A stretch of DNA of 64,000 nucleotides from Podarcis filfolensis (taxonomy: Eukaryota), in the NCBI GenBank assembly GCA_964270895.1, contig OZ185450.1. One strand, 5' to 3'. The position numbers and the translations under genes are program-made. Positions 63,832 through 64,000 of the stretch are shown piece by piece. The notes beneath the pieces were generated by a model. The model was not told the DNA's origin. It saw only the letters and a program-made list of their open reading frames with translations, and made no database searches. The first letter of the stretch is position 1. Every line of letters begins with the position of its first letter.

Positions 63832-64000
63832 TGGGGAGAATCAGTGAACTTGAGAAAGGCATCCTCTGTTGTATTAGACCACCTAAGTATTTTATTACCC
63901 CCTCTGACACTTTACATTTTAGATGGTCAATGCATGAATTTAATCTTGATTTCTTTGGCAAGACCAGAGTCAGCTTGAGGGTCAGGTGGTCGCTGTCAGT

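Larger units (their letters stand above)
26745..64000 (-). other. CUX1: CUX1 intron 1 (partial; first exon(s) right of the window)
   Basis: Upstream of the exon 2 acceptor. No [21 protein letters not shown]-type first exon seen by eye. Confidence 0.75.

Overview
Eukaryotic (vertebrate) genomic DNA, most likely from a lacertid lizard. The taxon is inferred from Sauria/Squam1 SINEs, Squam3-like SINEs and squamate-type L1/CR1/L2 fragments. The window lies inside the CUX1 (CUX1/CASP) gene on the minus strand. The only coding exon I can support is the 111-bp exon 2 at 26634-26744 ([37 protein letters not shown]), with intron 2 to its left and intron 1 to its right. I did not find exons 1 or 3. The rest is intronic DNA rich in transposons (Sauria SINEs with TSDs, L1, CR1, L2, MIR, Tigger-like and hAT MITEs) and microsatellites. 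I found no prokaryote-type system, CRISPR array or autonomous element. The most unusual object is a 1.2-kb Tc2/pogo-like MITE inserted into a young Sauria SINE. It carries a GC/CpG-rich array of seven ~118-bp self-complementary units plus further hairpins. Also notable are a CR1 copy containing a 96-bp tract that is much closer to another CR1 copy 20.8 kb away than to its own tandem neighbour, and several candidate cryptic or alternative CUX1 exons (speculative). Percent identities are by-eye counts, and family names come from recalled consensus sequences, not database searches.
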